DNA of 64,000 nt from the IMG/VR virus record IMGVR_UViG_3300043446_005051, positions 25,427 through 89,426 of that record; one strand, written 5' to 3'. The position numbers were made by a program, and so were the translations under genes. Shown in pieces: positions 16,499 to 24,591 of this stretch; position 1 is the stretch's first letter, and every line of letters starts with the position of its first letter. Under the pieces are notes generated by a model. The model was not told the origin of the DNA. It saw only the letters and a program-made list of their open reading frames with translations, and ran no database searches. Origin of the DNA: a virus.

Positions 16499-16903
16499 TT
16501 ATAAAGATTGCTCTCTGGTAACACGTTTAAAGTCTTTAAGAACTCCATCAACGAAATGAAGTCTACATCTAGGCCAATCATGCCAATCTCCATCCCACGT
16601 TGCAGGATATACTTCTATATATTTGGTGATTTTATGAGGAACATATCTTCCATTTTTTCCAGTAGGGATCCATTCAAAATTTAAAAATTTTGATTTTTCA
16701 TTATATCGTTCATCATTTTTTGAAATCTCTTCAAATGTATGAGTACCAATATAATCAGGTCTCCATAGCTGACCTGCAGGGTCCAACCAATAGAGAGTCA
16801 TTGTGCCGCCAATTCCATATTCAATGTCTTTTGTCTGGCAATATACGTTTGTAAACTCTTCTCCTAGATTATAGGAAGAGCGAAAATCATCGAACATACC
16901 CAA
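16499..16903 (-). CDS. conserved phage hypothetical protein
   Basis: MGMFD...QTKD...Y.LDP.G.L...F.DG.L pattern. Confidence 0.75.
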   Translation of the reverse strand: MGMFDDFRSSYNLGEEFTNVYCQTKDIEYGIGGTMTLYWLDPAGQLWRPDYIGTHTFEEISKNDERYNEKSKFLNFEWIPTGKNGRYVPHKITKYIEVYPATWDGDWHDWPRCRLHFVDGVLKDFKRVTREQSL

Positions 16904-17089
16904 TTACGAATCCTCCTGTTTTGAACTAAAATAAATTTTATAGTAGCGTTTTTTCATACCTTCTATTAAATTCATATCATCTTCAAATCCCATATATTTA
17001 AGTAATTGATAAGACCCTTCTAATTCACTAATAAGTCTTAATACATTAGTGGGGGACCTTTCGAGTCCCCCAAAAGAGTAAATATTCAT
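16904..17089 (-). CDS. cyanophage-type hypothetical protein
   Basis: FGGLER.P.NVLRLISELEGSYQL.KYMGF pattern. Confidence 0.7.
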   Translation of the reverse strand: MNIYSFGGLERSPTNVLRLISELEGSYQLLKYMGFEDDMNLIEGMKKRYYKIYFSSKQEDS

Positions 17090-17322
17090 ACTAAATCATT
17101 TTCAATATCCAATTCATTAATATGAACTTTTTCTCTTTTTGAATAGAGTTTTGAATAACTACAAATTTTACACTTGGGATTTCCACAATCTAAAGGGTCT
17201 TGTTTAAAGATTCGTCCAAAAGAAAGAGAATTGTCTGGAATAAATTCAAAATGTTTGTGTAACTTTTTCCACTTATTTTGAAGTCGTTTTGCTTGATGAC
17301 GTTGATAAGCAGTTTTAGCCAT
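17086..17322 (-). CDS. hypothetical protein with CGNPKC..C motif
   Basis: 78-aa ORF. Confidence 0.65.
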   Translation of the reverse strand: MAKTAYQRHQAKRLQNKWKKLHKHFEFIPDNSLSFGRIFKQDPLDCGNPKCKICSYSKLYSKREKVHINELDIENDLV

Positions 17323-17339
17323 TCATTGAAGGTTTAGCT

Positions 17340-17543
17340 TTATTTAGAACTCACAAAAGTATTAATTTTATTTGCTAGTACTTCAATCTTTTCATAAGAA
17401 GGAAATTCTGGATATGCCATTTTCACTGTATTATGTGGATTCTCATTCCACAAAGAAACAATAGAATACTCTGCTTGATATTCAGACTCCGCAAGAGCCT
17501 GAGCTTGCTCAAAAATTTTAAATCGAAGTTCGTAAGGTGTCAT
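17340..17543 (-). CDS. conserved phage hypothetical protein
   Basis: MTPYELRF.IF.QA...FP....I..LA.KIN.FVS; start after AGGA SD. Confidence 0.75.
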   Translation of the reverse strand: MTPYELRFKIFEQAQALAESEYQAEYSIVSLWNENPHNTVKMAYPEFPSYEKIEVLANKINTFVSSK

Positions 17544-17594
17544 AATTTTATTCCTGTGTGTATGATGTGTGAAATTTGCTAATACGATTAGCAA

Positions 17595-17668
17595 TACCCG
17601 AGGTCGGATTCGAACCGACGACTGCTCGATTTTAAGTCGAGAACCTCATTCCGCTGGGTCACTCGGGC
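17595..17668 (-). tRNA. tRNA-Leu(UAA), short variable arm
   Basis: GCCCGAG acceptor, CTCGA-CTTAAAA-TCGAG, GTCGG-TTCGAAT-CCGAC; 74 nt. Confidence 0.85.
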
Positions 17669-17669
17669 A

Positions 17670-18296
17670 AAAAGGGCTTTAGTGCGTCTATTCCCTGGTG
17701 CATCTGTGTTATTCCAAGCTGGAACATAATCGCACATCTCGTCGTATCCGAGTTCAGATGCTTCCCCACTCATTTAATCTAATGAGCAAATCAAATAATT
17801 GAATTCACCTTCTATGCTTGCGACCCTGATTTGATCAGAATCTAGCCTCGTACATCTTCTAACTTTCTATACCGTGAATATAGTCTGTCAGAGGTCTTAC
17901 GACACAATCACCCATTTTCACAGATGACGTTAGGGGCTTCGGCTTCATCAATTGCAGTTTGCCTAATGTACCACCCGAAGGAACGATACACGGTGCTTTC
18001 ACGGCGATTCCTTAACCGAAGAATCGTTTACCGTCCTATTTCTGGGATAACTACTGTAATTCACCAGTCATATAAGAAGCATTCACTATTGGCGTTGTGC
18101 TCACTCTCATATGCTACTTACGGTATCTGCTTCCGCCAAGAAGAATTAACCGATAGAAGATTGGTGGAGTTGGCCGAGGCAATCACCTCTAGTCTCCATC
18201 TTCCTTTCCCTTATACATCTTACGATGCCTGACCCTCATAGATTAGAAGTCAGTTTTCTAAGACCTTTTCAATCTTAGGGGAGGGACAATCCCGAT
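17670..18296 (-). ncRNA. large structured ncRNA candidate (GOLLD/ROOL-like context)
   Basis: ~630 nt without credible ORF, GC-enriched, many hairpins with GNRA/UUCG loops, own sigma70-type promoter, between tRNAs. Confidence 0.65.
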
Positions 18297-18331
18297 AAGA
18301 CAACCATAGAGTAAAACTCTTGAGTTGTCAA
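18296..18331 (-). promoter_or_regulatory. sigma70-type promoter within inverted repeat
   Basis: TTGACA-17bp-TATGGT; GACAAC...GTTGTC arms. Confidence 0.65.
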
Positions 18332-18403
18332 TGGTTCTGGAAAGACTTGAACTTTCTTCAGCCCCTTATAAGGAGGCGGCCTTAACCCATAGGCGACAGA
18401 ACC
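18332..18403 (-). tRNA. tRNA-Ile(UAU), second distinct gene
   Basis: GGTTCTG/CAGAACC acceptor, GCCTC-CTTATAA-GGGGC arm, TTCAAGT T-loop. Confidence 0.8.
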
Positions 18404-18405
18404 AA

Positions 18406-18441
18406 TAAGACAATCATAAGACCTAAATCTCAGATTGTCAA
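18406..18441 (-). promoter_or_regulatory. sigma70-type promoter within inverted repeat
   Basis: TTGACA-17bp-TATGAT; GACAATC...GATTGTC arms; homologous to 18296-18331. Confidence 0.7.
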
Positions 18442-18442
18442 G

Positions 18443-18524
18443 TCCTCGTTTTCAGACTCGAACTGAAACTCCTTTCGGAAGTGGTTTTTGAGACCACTGC
18501 GGCTACCGATTACGCCAAACGAGG
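18443..18524 (-). tRNA. tRNA-Leu(CAA)
   Basis: CCTCGTT acceptor, GTGGT-CTCAAAA-ACCAC, long variable arm TCCGAAAGGA. Confidence 0.9.
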
Positions 18525-18592
18525 TATTAAGTGAACGTGGCCTCAACCACCTTCATAGATTACCACTCACTCAGATGGAAGTCAAGAGATGT

Positions 18593-18614
18593 GTGCCAGT
18601 TGAAAAACTGGAAC
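18593..18614 (-). promoter_or_regulatory. palindromic early-promoter motif copy
   Basis: GTGCCAGTtgaaaaACTGGAAC. Confidence 0.65.
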
Positions 18615-18621
18615 CTTAATA

Positions 18622-18939
18622 TCAGTCTCTTCTCCTCCAACCATCATCGTTATCCCGATGAAAGAAATCAGCAATGTCATCAGGTGAATCAAAATGAGTT
18701 CGGTGATTAGATGGGTCGGGGTCTCCTAAATCCAAAGCATTTAAAAACCCATCTAAACTATCTTCTGCCATACTTGGATTATCAGATAATCTTCTTGCTT
18801 GTCGCAACATTGTAGCAGCAGAGGGATTCGCCTTTGAGAGTTTTTCGGCCCATATCATATCTTCTAATGAGACTTCGTTGTGTGATGATATATTTTGGCA
18901 GATTTTTTCCAAACGAAGTCTATATGCAGTTGATAACAT
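18622..18939 (-). CDS. conserved cyanophage-type hypothetical protein
   Basis: MLSTAYRLRLE.IC..I.....V.LEDMIWA.KL...LGDPDPSNH...W..RD pattern. Confidence 0.8.
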   Translation of the reverse strand: MLSTAYRLRLEKICQNISSHNEVSLEDMIWAEKLSKANPSAATMLRQARRLSDNPSMAEDSLDGFLNALDLGDPDPSNHRTHFDSPDDIADFFHRDNDDGWRRRD

Positions 18940-18967
18940 TTAAAATCTCCATATTAAACTTATTTAG

Positions 18968-19621
18968 TTATCTCATATTAAGAGGAGTTAATCTAGATGA
19001 TCTTCTTTTCTTCTTTTGCCTTGGAGAAAGAGGGCGACCTACACTTGCATATTGCCTATTGGAGTCATCAGTATCTCCAAATCTATGATATTTATAAATG
19101 TCTTTATGAGTGTCTGATGCTGGAGTATTTGATACTATACTATGAGATGGGAACCGGTCTTCAACATTTTTTTTATAGATATTTTTAGCCTTATTTGCAA
19201 GTCTTATTCTTTCTTTTTGAGACAATCCACTAACACTATGAGACACATTCCAATCTACCTCGTGATGGGGCTTCCCTTCAATATCTTTAAGCCGAGTGAT
19301 TGTATAATATATTCCACTTCCTGGATGTTCTATTTGTGTTACTTTTTTATCTTTGGATTGATGTACCATTACACCAGAATCAGAATGTGGGTTCACTGAG
19401 GGATTATCAGAACCGTGTTTTACTTTTTTTTCTAAAGTCCTAGATAATCGAAGTCTTCTTGACTTTACACTTTCTGGAGTTCTCGGTTCGTTTGGAGTTC
19501 TTTCAAGCTTCTCTTTTGATTTTTGCACTGGAGATTTACCTGAAGGTAAAGGTTCATCTGGTGGATAATATTTTTCAAGTATAATATTTGTTTTATCTAT
19601 AAATTCTTGAAAAGTAATCAT
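18968..19621 (-). CDS. basic hypothetical protein, possible internal head protein
   Basis: Starts MITFQEFID...LE; K/R-rich. Confidence 0.7.
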   Translation of the reverse strand: MITFQEFIDKTNIILEKYYPPDEPLPSGKSPVQKSKEKLERTPNEPRTPESVKSRRLRLSRTLEKKVKHGSDNPSVNPHSDSGVMVHQSKDKKVTQIEHPGSGIYYTITRLKDIEGKPHHEVDWNVSHSVSGLSQKERIRLANKAKNIYKKNVEDRFPSHSIVSNTPASDTHKDIYKYHRFGDTDDSNRQYASVGRPLSPRQKKKRRSSRLTPLNMR

Positions 19622-19818
19622 TTTTGTTCGTTCCCTAAAGCATTAATCCAGACTTTTTTATAATCATAATCTCCAAATAAAAACTCATCTGCATTTGCAG
19701 CTTCACGATATGCATTTAGAATATCCTCTTCACACCATTCATCATAATTTGGATCTTGTGAGATTAGTTTTGAGTCCATTTTTTTATTTATGATTTTTTG
19801 ATATTTATTTTTTAATTA

Positions 19819-20514
19819 TTAGTCATTTTCAATTCCATGTCTTTTTGCAGCTGCTGCCATTCTTGCTTGTAGTTTTGGTAAGGTCCGGCCTCTTCTTTCC
19901 TTATCTAATTTATCTCTTCTTGATTGCCTTCTTTCTAAATTTACTAAAGTAGTAAATGCTCTCATTGGAGTGATTGCATTTTCTACATCTTTTAATTTCC
20001 CTCTATGCCTTCTTTCAAAAGCATGATAAGCTCCATGATGGAATCCCGGTTTTTCTGGTTTAAATTCACTTACAGGGCCTCTATTTGCAAGAACTAAATT
20101 TCTCGGGTCATCTCCATGAAATTTATTCTCCTTTCTTTGAGCAGTTTTATATCTTAGTCTCTCTCCAGGACTCATATTTCTCATTATTTCACCAGAATGC
20201 TCTACTCCAGTTGCATGATGTAGGTCCATGCCTCTTTGTGTTCTAATTTTTCTTTTTCTATCTACTTTTAGAGATTCCCTTGGAGTTAACTTACCTGTAG
20301 CTATTTTAATATTCTCTTCTCTTTTTTTAGATGCTTTGTCTTGAGTTCTTACATAACTAAGACCCCATTTTGGGTTTTCACTAGTTCCTCTTTGTTTTGG
20401 AACAAATCCATGTGGAATTCCTTTATAATGACTAATTAATTCATCTTTAGATGAAAAGTGAGGATATTTTTCATATTTAGTAGCTTCCTCTAAAAACTTT
20501 TGATATGTCTTCAT
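19819..20514 (-). CDS. basic protein with capsid-targeting-like N-terminus, possible HNH-like His cluster
   Basis: MKTYQKFLEEA; DLHH...GDDPRNL...H..YH; TAAATA late-type element upstream. Confidence 0.7.
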   Translation of the reverse strand: MKTYQKFLEEATKYEKYPHFSSKDELISHYKGIPHGFVPKQRGTSENPKWGLSYVRTQDKASKKREENIKIATGKLTPRESLKVDRKRKIRTQRGMDLHHATGVEHSGEIMRNMSPGERLRYKTAQRKENKFHGDDPRNLVLANRGPVSEFKPEKPGFHHGAYHAFERRHRGKLKDVENAITPMRAFTTLVNLERRQSRRDKLDKERRGRTLPKLQARMAAAAKRHGIEND

Positions 20515-20553
20515 TTCTACTGAACTATTTTAAGTATTTATCAGTTTTATGAA

Positions 20554-20629
20554 TCCGAATAACAGGATTTGAACCTGTATTTTTCCTGCTCCCAAAGCAG
20601 GTGCCATAACCAAGTTAGGCGATATTCGG
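20554..20629 (-). tRNA. tRNA-Pro(UGG)
   Basis: CCGAATA acceptor, CCTGC-TTTGGGA-GCAGG, GGTTCAAATCC. Confidence 0.9.
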
Positions 20630-20656
20630 GTAGACAACACTATATATGTTGTCAAA

Positions 20657-20730
20657 TGAGGCTGGAGAGAATCGAACTCTCATAGACTGGTTAAAAGCCA
20701 GCTGCAGTTGAACCACATTGCTACAGCCTC
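20657..20730 (-). tRNA. tRNA-Lys(UUU)
   Basis: GAGGCTG acceptor, GCTGG-CTTTTAA-CCAGT, GTTCGATTC. Confidence 0.85.
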
Positions 20731-20806
20731 AAGTAAACGTGATAATGAAGTTTCCCTCAACCACTCAATCAACTTACCACCGATTCAGAAAGAACGCAAG
20801 TGGATT

Positions 20807-20828
20807 GTGCCAGTTCAAAACGTGGTAC
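20807..20828 (-). promoter_or_regulatory. palindromic early-promoter motif copy
   Basis: GTGCCAGTtcaaaaCGTGGTAC. Confidence 0.55.
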
Positions 20829-21229
20829 ATTAACATACAAAAAGAGAGAGAAAAAGTTTAAAGGCTTCTTCTCTCTCTTTTGATTTTAAATTTTAAAAAA
20901 TGAATTACATTTTTCTTAAATTCTCAATCAAAAGGAAGCCATCAATGTGCTTGAGTTGGTACACTTCTGGTTTATTCTTTTGATTAGAGTAAGAGTAAGT
21001 CATTTTAGTAATTTCAATTAAAGATATTTATACAGTTTTTTGAAGATTTTCAATAAATTCTCGAATTTTAACAATTCTTTCAGGAGTATGCTCAGATGAA
21101 TATCCAACCTGATGTTCCAGTAGAACATCTAAAACGTATTTTGCAGTTTCGGGCGTGGTTTCAATTCGAACTTGATTTTTCATTTTCATATTAAAGTCTT
21201 TTATAATTATATAAAATTAAGTGTAATTG

Positions 21230-21472
21230 TCAAGTTTTAGAATCAATTGATTCAATCTCTCCATTTTTACGAAGAGAATGAATCAGTTTACCAATACTTT
21301 CATCTTTTTGTAAAGCATCTTGAATTTTAGTTTTTACACATTCAAAATCATCACAATAAAATTCATAGATTTTTTCATTATTTGAAGTGTATGCAATTCC
21401 TATGATGTTTTCATCTTCAATTAGATTGATTTTAGAAATTGCAGAAGAATTTGAAATGTCAAGAGTAATCAT
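21230..21472 (-). CDS. KTSC-like small protein
   Basis: SSAISKI...I.Y.SN...Y.F.......SIGK pattern. Confidence 0.55.
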   Translation of the reverse strand: MITLDISNSSAISKINLIEDENIIGIAYTSNNEKIYEFYCDDFECVKTKIQDALQKDESIGKLIHSLRKNGEIESIDSKT

Positions 21473-21493
21473 AATAAATTAAATTAGTTTAAA

Positions 21494-22249
21494 TCAACCT
21501 TTACTTTGTCTTCTCTGCTCAGCTCTTCTCCTTGCAACGTTCAATGGATTTGTACTTCTTGCCACCCTCAAGGAACTTTCAATATCCTCTCTAGAGTATC
21601 TATTAGTTGCATTTTGCCATTGCTTTTTAAGTCCTTCTTCATATTTCTTATGAGCACGTAATCGACTTACAGGAGTTGAACTCCTACCTTTAGCTCCTTT
21701 TTGCTTTCTTACTCCTCTACTTGAACCAATTTCACCTTCACCTTCACTTCTACCACCGTGAGGATGCCTTCCATATAATCTAGAACGTGACTTACTTAGT
21801 TCACCAGTATTTGGACCGTGATCAACTCTCTTTTCAGGAGGGGTGGTTGACATTCCTTGTTTAATTCTACCCGCAATTGCTCTAGGGTTTATAATTCTAT
21901 CTGATTTGCGGTAGTCGGGATTATCTTCATAAGGATTAAACTTTACCCACTTACCCTCTTTTGTTTTCTTTAAAGTGGATTTTCCTGTTACATCAGGACC
22001 CAATCTAGAATGGAGATTAGATTTAATCCACAATGGAACTTTCTCTTGCTTAACTTTACTTAATTTTCCTGTAGCTTCATCTCTAACTGCTTTAAATCTA
22101 CGCCTTTCTGTAATATAAGAGAGTTCTTCATTCAAAATAGAGTCAATCCAATTCTCGCTCATAACAGAAATAAAGCCATCAGCGTATTCTTCGGATTCAA
22201 TAAGATTATTTTGAAGAAGATAGTCTAATACAATTTGATATTCGGACAT
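21494..22249 (-). CDS. basic hypothetical protein (acidic N-terminus, R/K/G-rich body), possible virion protein
   Basis: VLDYL......E.A......MSE.W..SI..E N-domain; TAAATA upstream. Confidence 0.7.
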   Translation of the reverse strand: MSEYQIVLDYLLQNNLIESEEYADGFISVMSENWIDSILNEELSYITERRRFKAVRDEATGKLSKVKQEKVPLWIKSNLHSRLGPDVTGKSTLKKTKEGKWVKFNPYEDNPDYRKSDRIINPRAIAGRIKQGMSTTPPEKRVDHGPNTGELSKSRSRLYGRHPHGGRSEGEGEIGSSRGVRKQKGAKGRSSTPVSRLRAHKKYEEGLKKQWQNATNRYSREDIESSLRVARSTNPLNVARRRAEQRRQSKG

Positions 22250-22482
22250 AAAAATAAAATAGATAAACCTTATCTATTTAGATAAAACAGGTTCTTCAAC
22301 ATCAATAAAAGCTTCACCTCTATATTCAAATGAACGAATTAATAATTGGGTAAAAAGTTCTTGTTTCTCTGGAATCACTGCAGCAGGGTTATAAGAAATC
22401 TCATTCTTTAACGCAAACAACTCAGACCATTCTTCGGAACTTAGCATAAGTCTCCTCTGTAAGGTTAGTAAATTATTTAGAC

Positions 22483-22677
22483 TCAGAACCGTTGAATACG
22501 AACTCCAGATGCTTGAGAAAAGGTTAAGATTTGATTGACTCCATATAGAAGTTGAGAAATTGCGAGACTAATTTGAGGGTCTTCTGCTTTCGATGCAAAA
22601 GAAAGAGCCTCTCGAAGAGAGGCTTCTGAATCCTTTAGAGAAATCTCAACAGGCTCAGTAAGTGAGGTTTGGGGCAT
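22483..22677 (-). CDS. hypothetical protein
   Basis: 64-aa ORF after motif promoter. Confidence 0.65.
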   Translation of the reverse strand: MPQTSLTEPVEISLKDSEASLREALSFASKAEDPQISLAISQLLYGVNQILTFSQASGVRIQRF

Positions 22678-22735
22678 AATGAGTTGGAAGAGTACTTAAA
22701 TATCATAGCACACTTTCGAGTTGTGAGGGAACTAT

Positions 22736-22759
22736 ATGGACAGTGTAAAAACCGTCCAT
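22736..22759 (-). promoter_or_regulatory. palindromic early-promoter motif copy
   Basis: ATGGACAGTgtaaaaACCGTCCAT; TGCTATGAT -10 near 22702-22710. Confidence 0.7.
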
Positions 22760-22769
22760 CTCTCACATC

Positions 22770-23102
22770 TCACATTCGATAGAAGCAAACCCTAGCAAGT
22801 CCCCGATGAGTTGATTCAATCTGTTGAAATAGTCCGAGTGAAAGGTCAATACTCCTATCTCCTACAAATGGGCCTCGGTCTCGTACTACACCATATGCAA
22901 CGAGTCCATTCCTTCGGTTTACAATTTTAAGTCGGGTTCCAAATGGTAGATAAGGATGAGCTACAGTATTACCATAAGGGTTAAAGGGTGCTCCAGATGC
23001 AGTGATTGAACCAGTTGAATAATAAGATGCAACTCCACAAGATGCTTGAGCGGGTGAAATGAAACCAAGTGCTAGAAGAGCAGAAATCATAATTTTTTTC
23101 AT
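22770..23102 (-). CDS. RlpA-like double-psi beta-barrel lytic transglycosylase
   Basis: Signal peptide; G.ASYY...TASG..F.P...T.AH..LPFGT...N..NG.....V.DRGPF...R.IDLS. Confidence 0.9.
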   Translation of the reverse strand: MKKIMISALLALGFISPAQASCGVASYYSTGSITASGAPFNPYGNTVAHPYLPFGTRLKIVNRRNGLVAYGVVRDRGPFVGDRSIDLSLGLFQQIESTHRGLARVCFYRM

Positions 23103-23121
23103 TTAGTTATTCTCCAATAAA

Positions 23122-23349
23122 TTAATAATAATGAACTTTATCTTTAGGTTTTTGAACCTGACGATTTAAAAATTTAATTGCACTCTCAATTGTCTCAAAT
23201 TCAATTCTTTTAGGAAACATAGTCATTTCCATAAATGGAACCCAAAAGAAAAGAAATTTACGTTCTTCTGGAACAAAAACAATGTTTCCATTTATATTTT
23301 GTTTTTCAACAATTCGAAAGTTGTTAAAAACTTTAAAAAAATTATTCAT
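23122..23349 (-). CDS. hypothetical protein
   Basis: 75-aa ORF in packed array. Confidence 0.6.
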   Translation of the reverse strand: MNNFFKVFNNFRIVEKQNINGNIVFVPEERKFLFFWVPFMEMTMFPKRIEFETIESAIKFLNRQVQKPKDKVHYY

Positions 23350-23581
23350 CTGTTTTTTTAGGTTTTGTTTTTGTTACCTTATAATCATCTGGTTTCAGTT
23401 TACATCTTTCTATGTATTTTTTCATATGAAATTCATCTGAAAAATAACAGAGCTTATTTTCAGTTTTATGATGTAAGGTAAATGGAAACCCTATATGTAG
23501 AGGAGGTACATTAATATCTATAGGAGTAGGTGAAGAGGTTGGAGATTGTATTCTCTTTCTAGGTTTCCGTTTTCCCTTCAT
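23342..23581 (-). CDS. hypothetical protein
   Basis: FPF.L.H..E.K.C.F....H..KYI.R cyanophage-type pattern. Confidence 0.65.
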   Translation of the reverse strand: MKGKRKPRKRIQSPTSSPTPIDINVPPLHIGFPFTLHHKTENKLCYFSDEFHMKKYIERCKLKPDDYKVTKTKPKKTDE

Positions 23582-23822
23582 TATTCTTAAATTCTTTTTC
23601 TAACTCTTTTGCTATAGCATAATATTTTCTATACATTAACATCTTAGTTAATGGATTTAACTGTACAATTGGGTGATTCCAGGTATACCAAATAAACCGA
23701 TGAAATGTAATTTTTATATATCTAAAGTAAGTAAAAATATAGTCAACTACGTTTTGGTCTAAAACCATTAAAAAAGCTAAGACACAAAATGATAAGAAGA
23801 GAGTATTATAATAGATATTCAT
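23559..23822 (-). CDS. hypothetical membrane protein
   Basis: N-terminal TM segment, D.NV..Y, NP motifs. Confidence 0.65.
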   Translation of the reverse strand: MNIYYNTLFLSFCVLAFLMVLDQNVVDYIFTYFRYIKITFHRFIWYTWNHPIVQLNPLTKMLMYRKYYAIAKELEKEFKNNEGKTET

Positions 23823-24004
23823 TTTTCAATTAAGATATTTTCTCTTTTTTTCATCAAATAATCTATTAAATTTAATTTCCATTCATTTAATTCATTCTCG
23901 CAATTGGTCTCTTTAGCTTCCGTTCGAATGTCTGAATGAATGGTTTGCAAATCTAATATCATAAGGTCCAGAGCTTTTATTTGATTTTTAGTTTTTTGAA
24001 TCAT
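23819..24004 (-). CDS. hypothetical protein
   Basis: 61-aa ORF with ATGA overlap. Confidence 0.55.
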   Translation of the reverse strand: MIQKTKNQIKALDLMILDLQTIHSDIRTEAKETNCENELNEWKLNLIDYLMKKRENILIEK

Positions 24005-24360
24005 TTCTTTTAAATGTGTAATTGCACAAATTGTTTACTTTTTTAAGTTCAATAATGAGGTCTTTCTTTTGAGTTTCGGTTAAATTTAGCACCACATTTA
24101 ATCGATTTATAATCAAATTGATTTGATTACACGATAACAAAAAAACTAAAAAGAAATTAAATGTCATCTTATTGACTCAAGTCCAATTTTCTTTTTCTTT
24201 TTTTCTCAAATCTTTAAGTTCCTTATAAAGCTCTTTAATTCTTTGATGAGCTTCCTCTGGTGTTATTTTATTTGAAATTTCAAGAGATGCTATAATAGAA
24301 GCAGAATCTCCAAAATTTGCTAGAGCCTTTTCATAAGGTGAAAGATTTTCATACATTTTA

Positions 24361-24591
24361 CTACCTACTAGTCTCCTCTACTTCATCGTATGGAATATAT
24401 AGGTCCCAAATCAACTCCAGATCTTCAAGAAAATAACATAGCTCATCTTCATCATCGGGTAGACTATCATTGCTTTTTAAGAAGAAATCACTAATTCCTA
24501 GGAAAGTTGATCCATCTTCTTTTTCTACAGTTGCAATCACCTCTACCTGGTTTTTAACTTGACGTACACTTTCAATGAGATTCACATACAT
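24361..24591 (-). CDS. acidic hypothetical protein
   Basis: 76-aa ORF with AGGAG SD. Confidence 0.65.
   Translation of the reverse strand: MYVNLIESVRQVKNQVEVIATVEKEDGSTFLGISDFFLKSNDSLPDDEDELCYFLEDLELIWDLYIPYDEVEETSR

Noticed and set aside
17870-17900. Group I intron R/S-like words (GACAGACTATA / ATATAGTCTG)
   Set aside because: Both are the same site on opposite strands; no matching P7 partner or interrupted exon found
17588-18232. ORFs 17588-17773 (-) and 17924-18232 (+)
   Set aside because: Overlap tRNA-Leu or lie antisense in the hairpin-dense region; no SD or protein-like features
633-22759. Repeated palindromes as a CRISPR array or integron attC sites
   Set aside because: Copies are degenerate, separated by whole genes, at fixed distance from -10 boxes; no cas or integrase gene in the window
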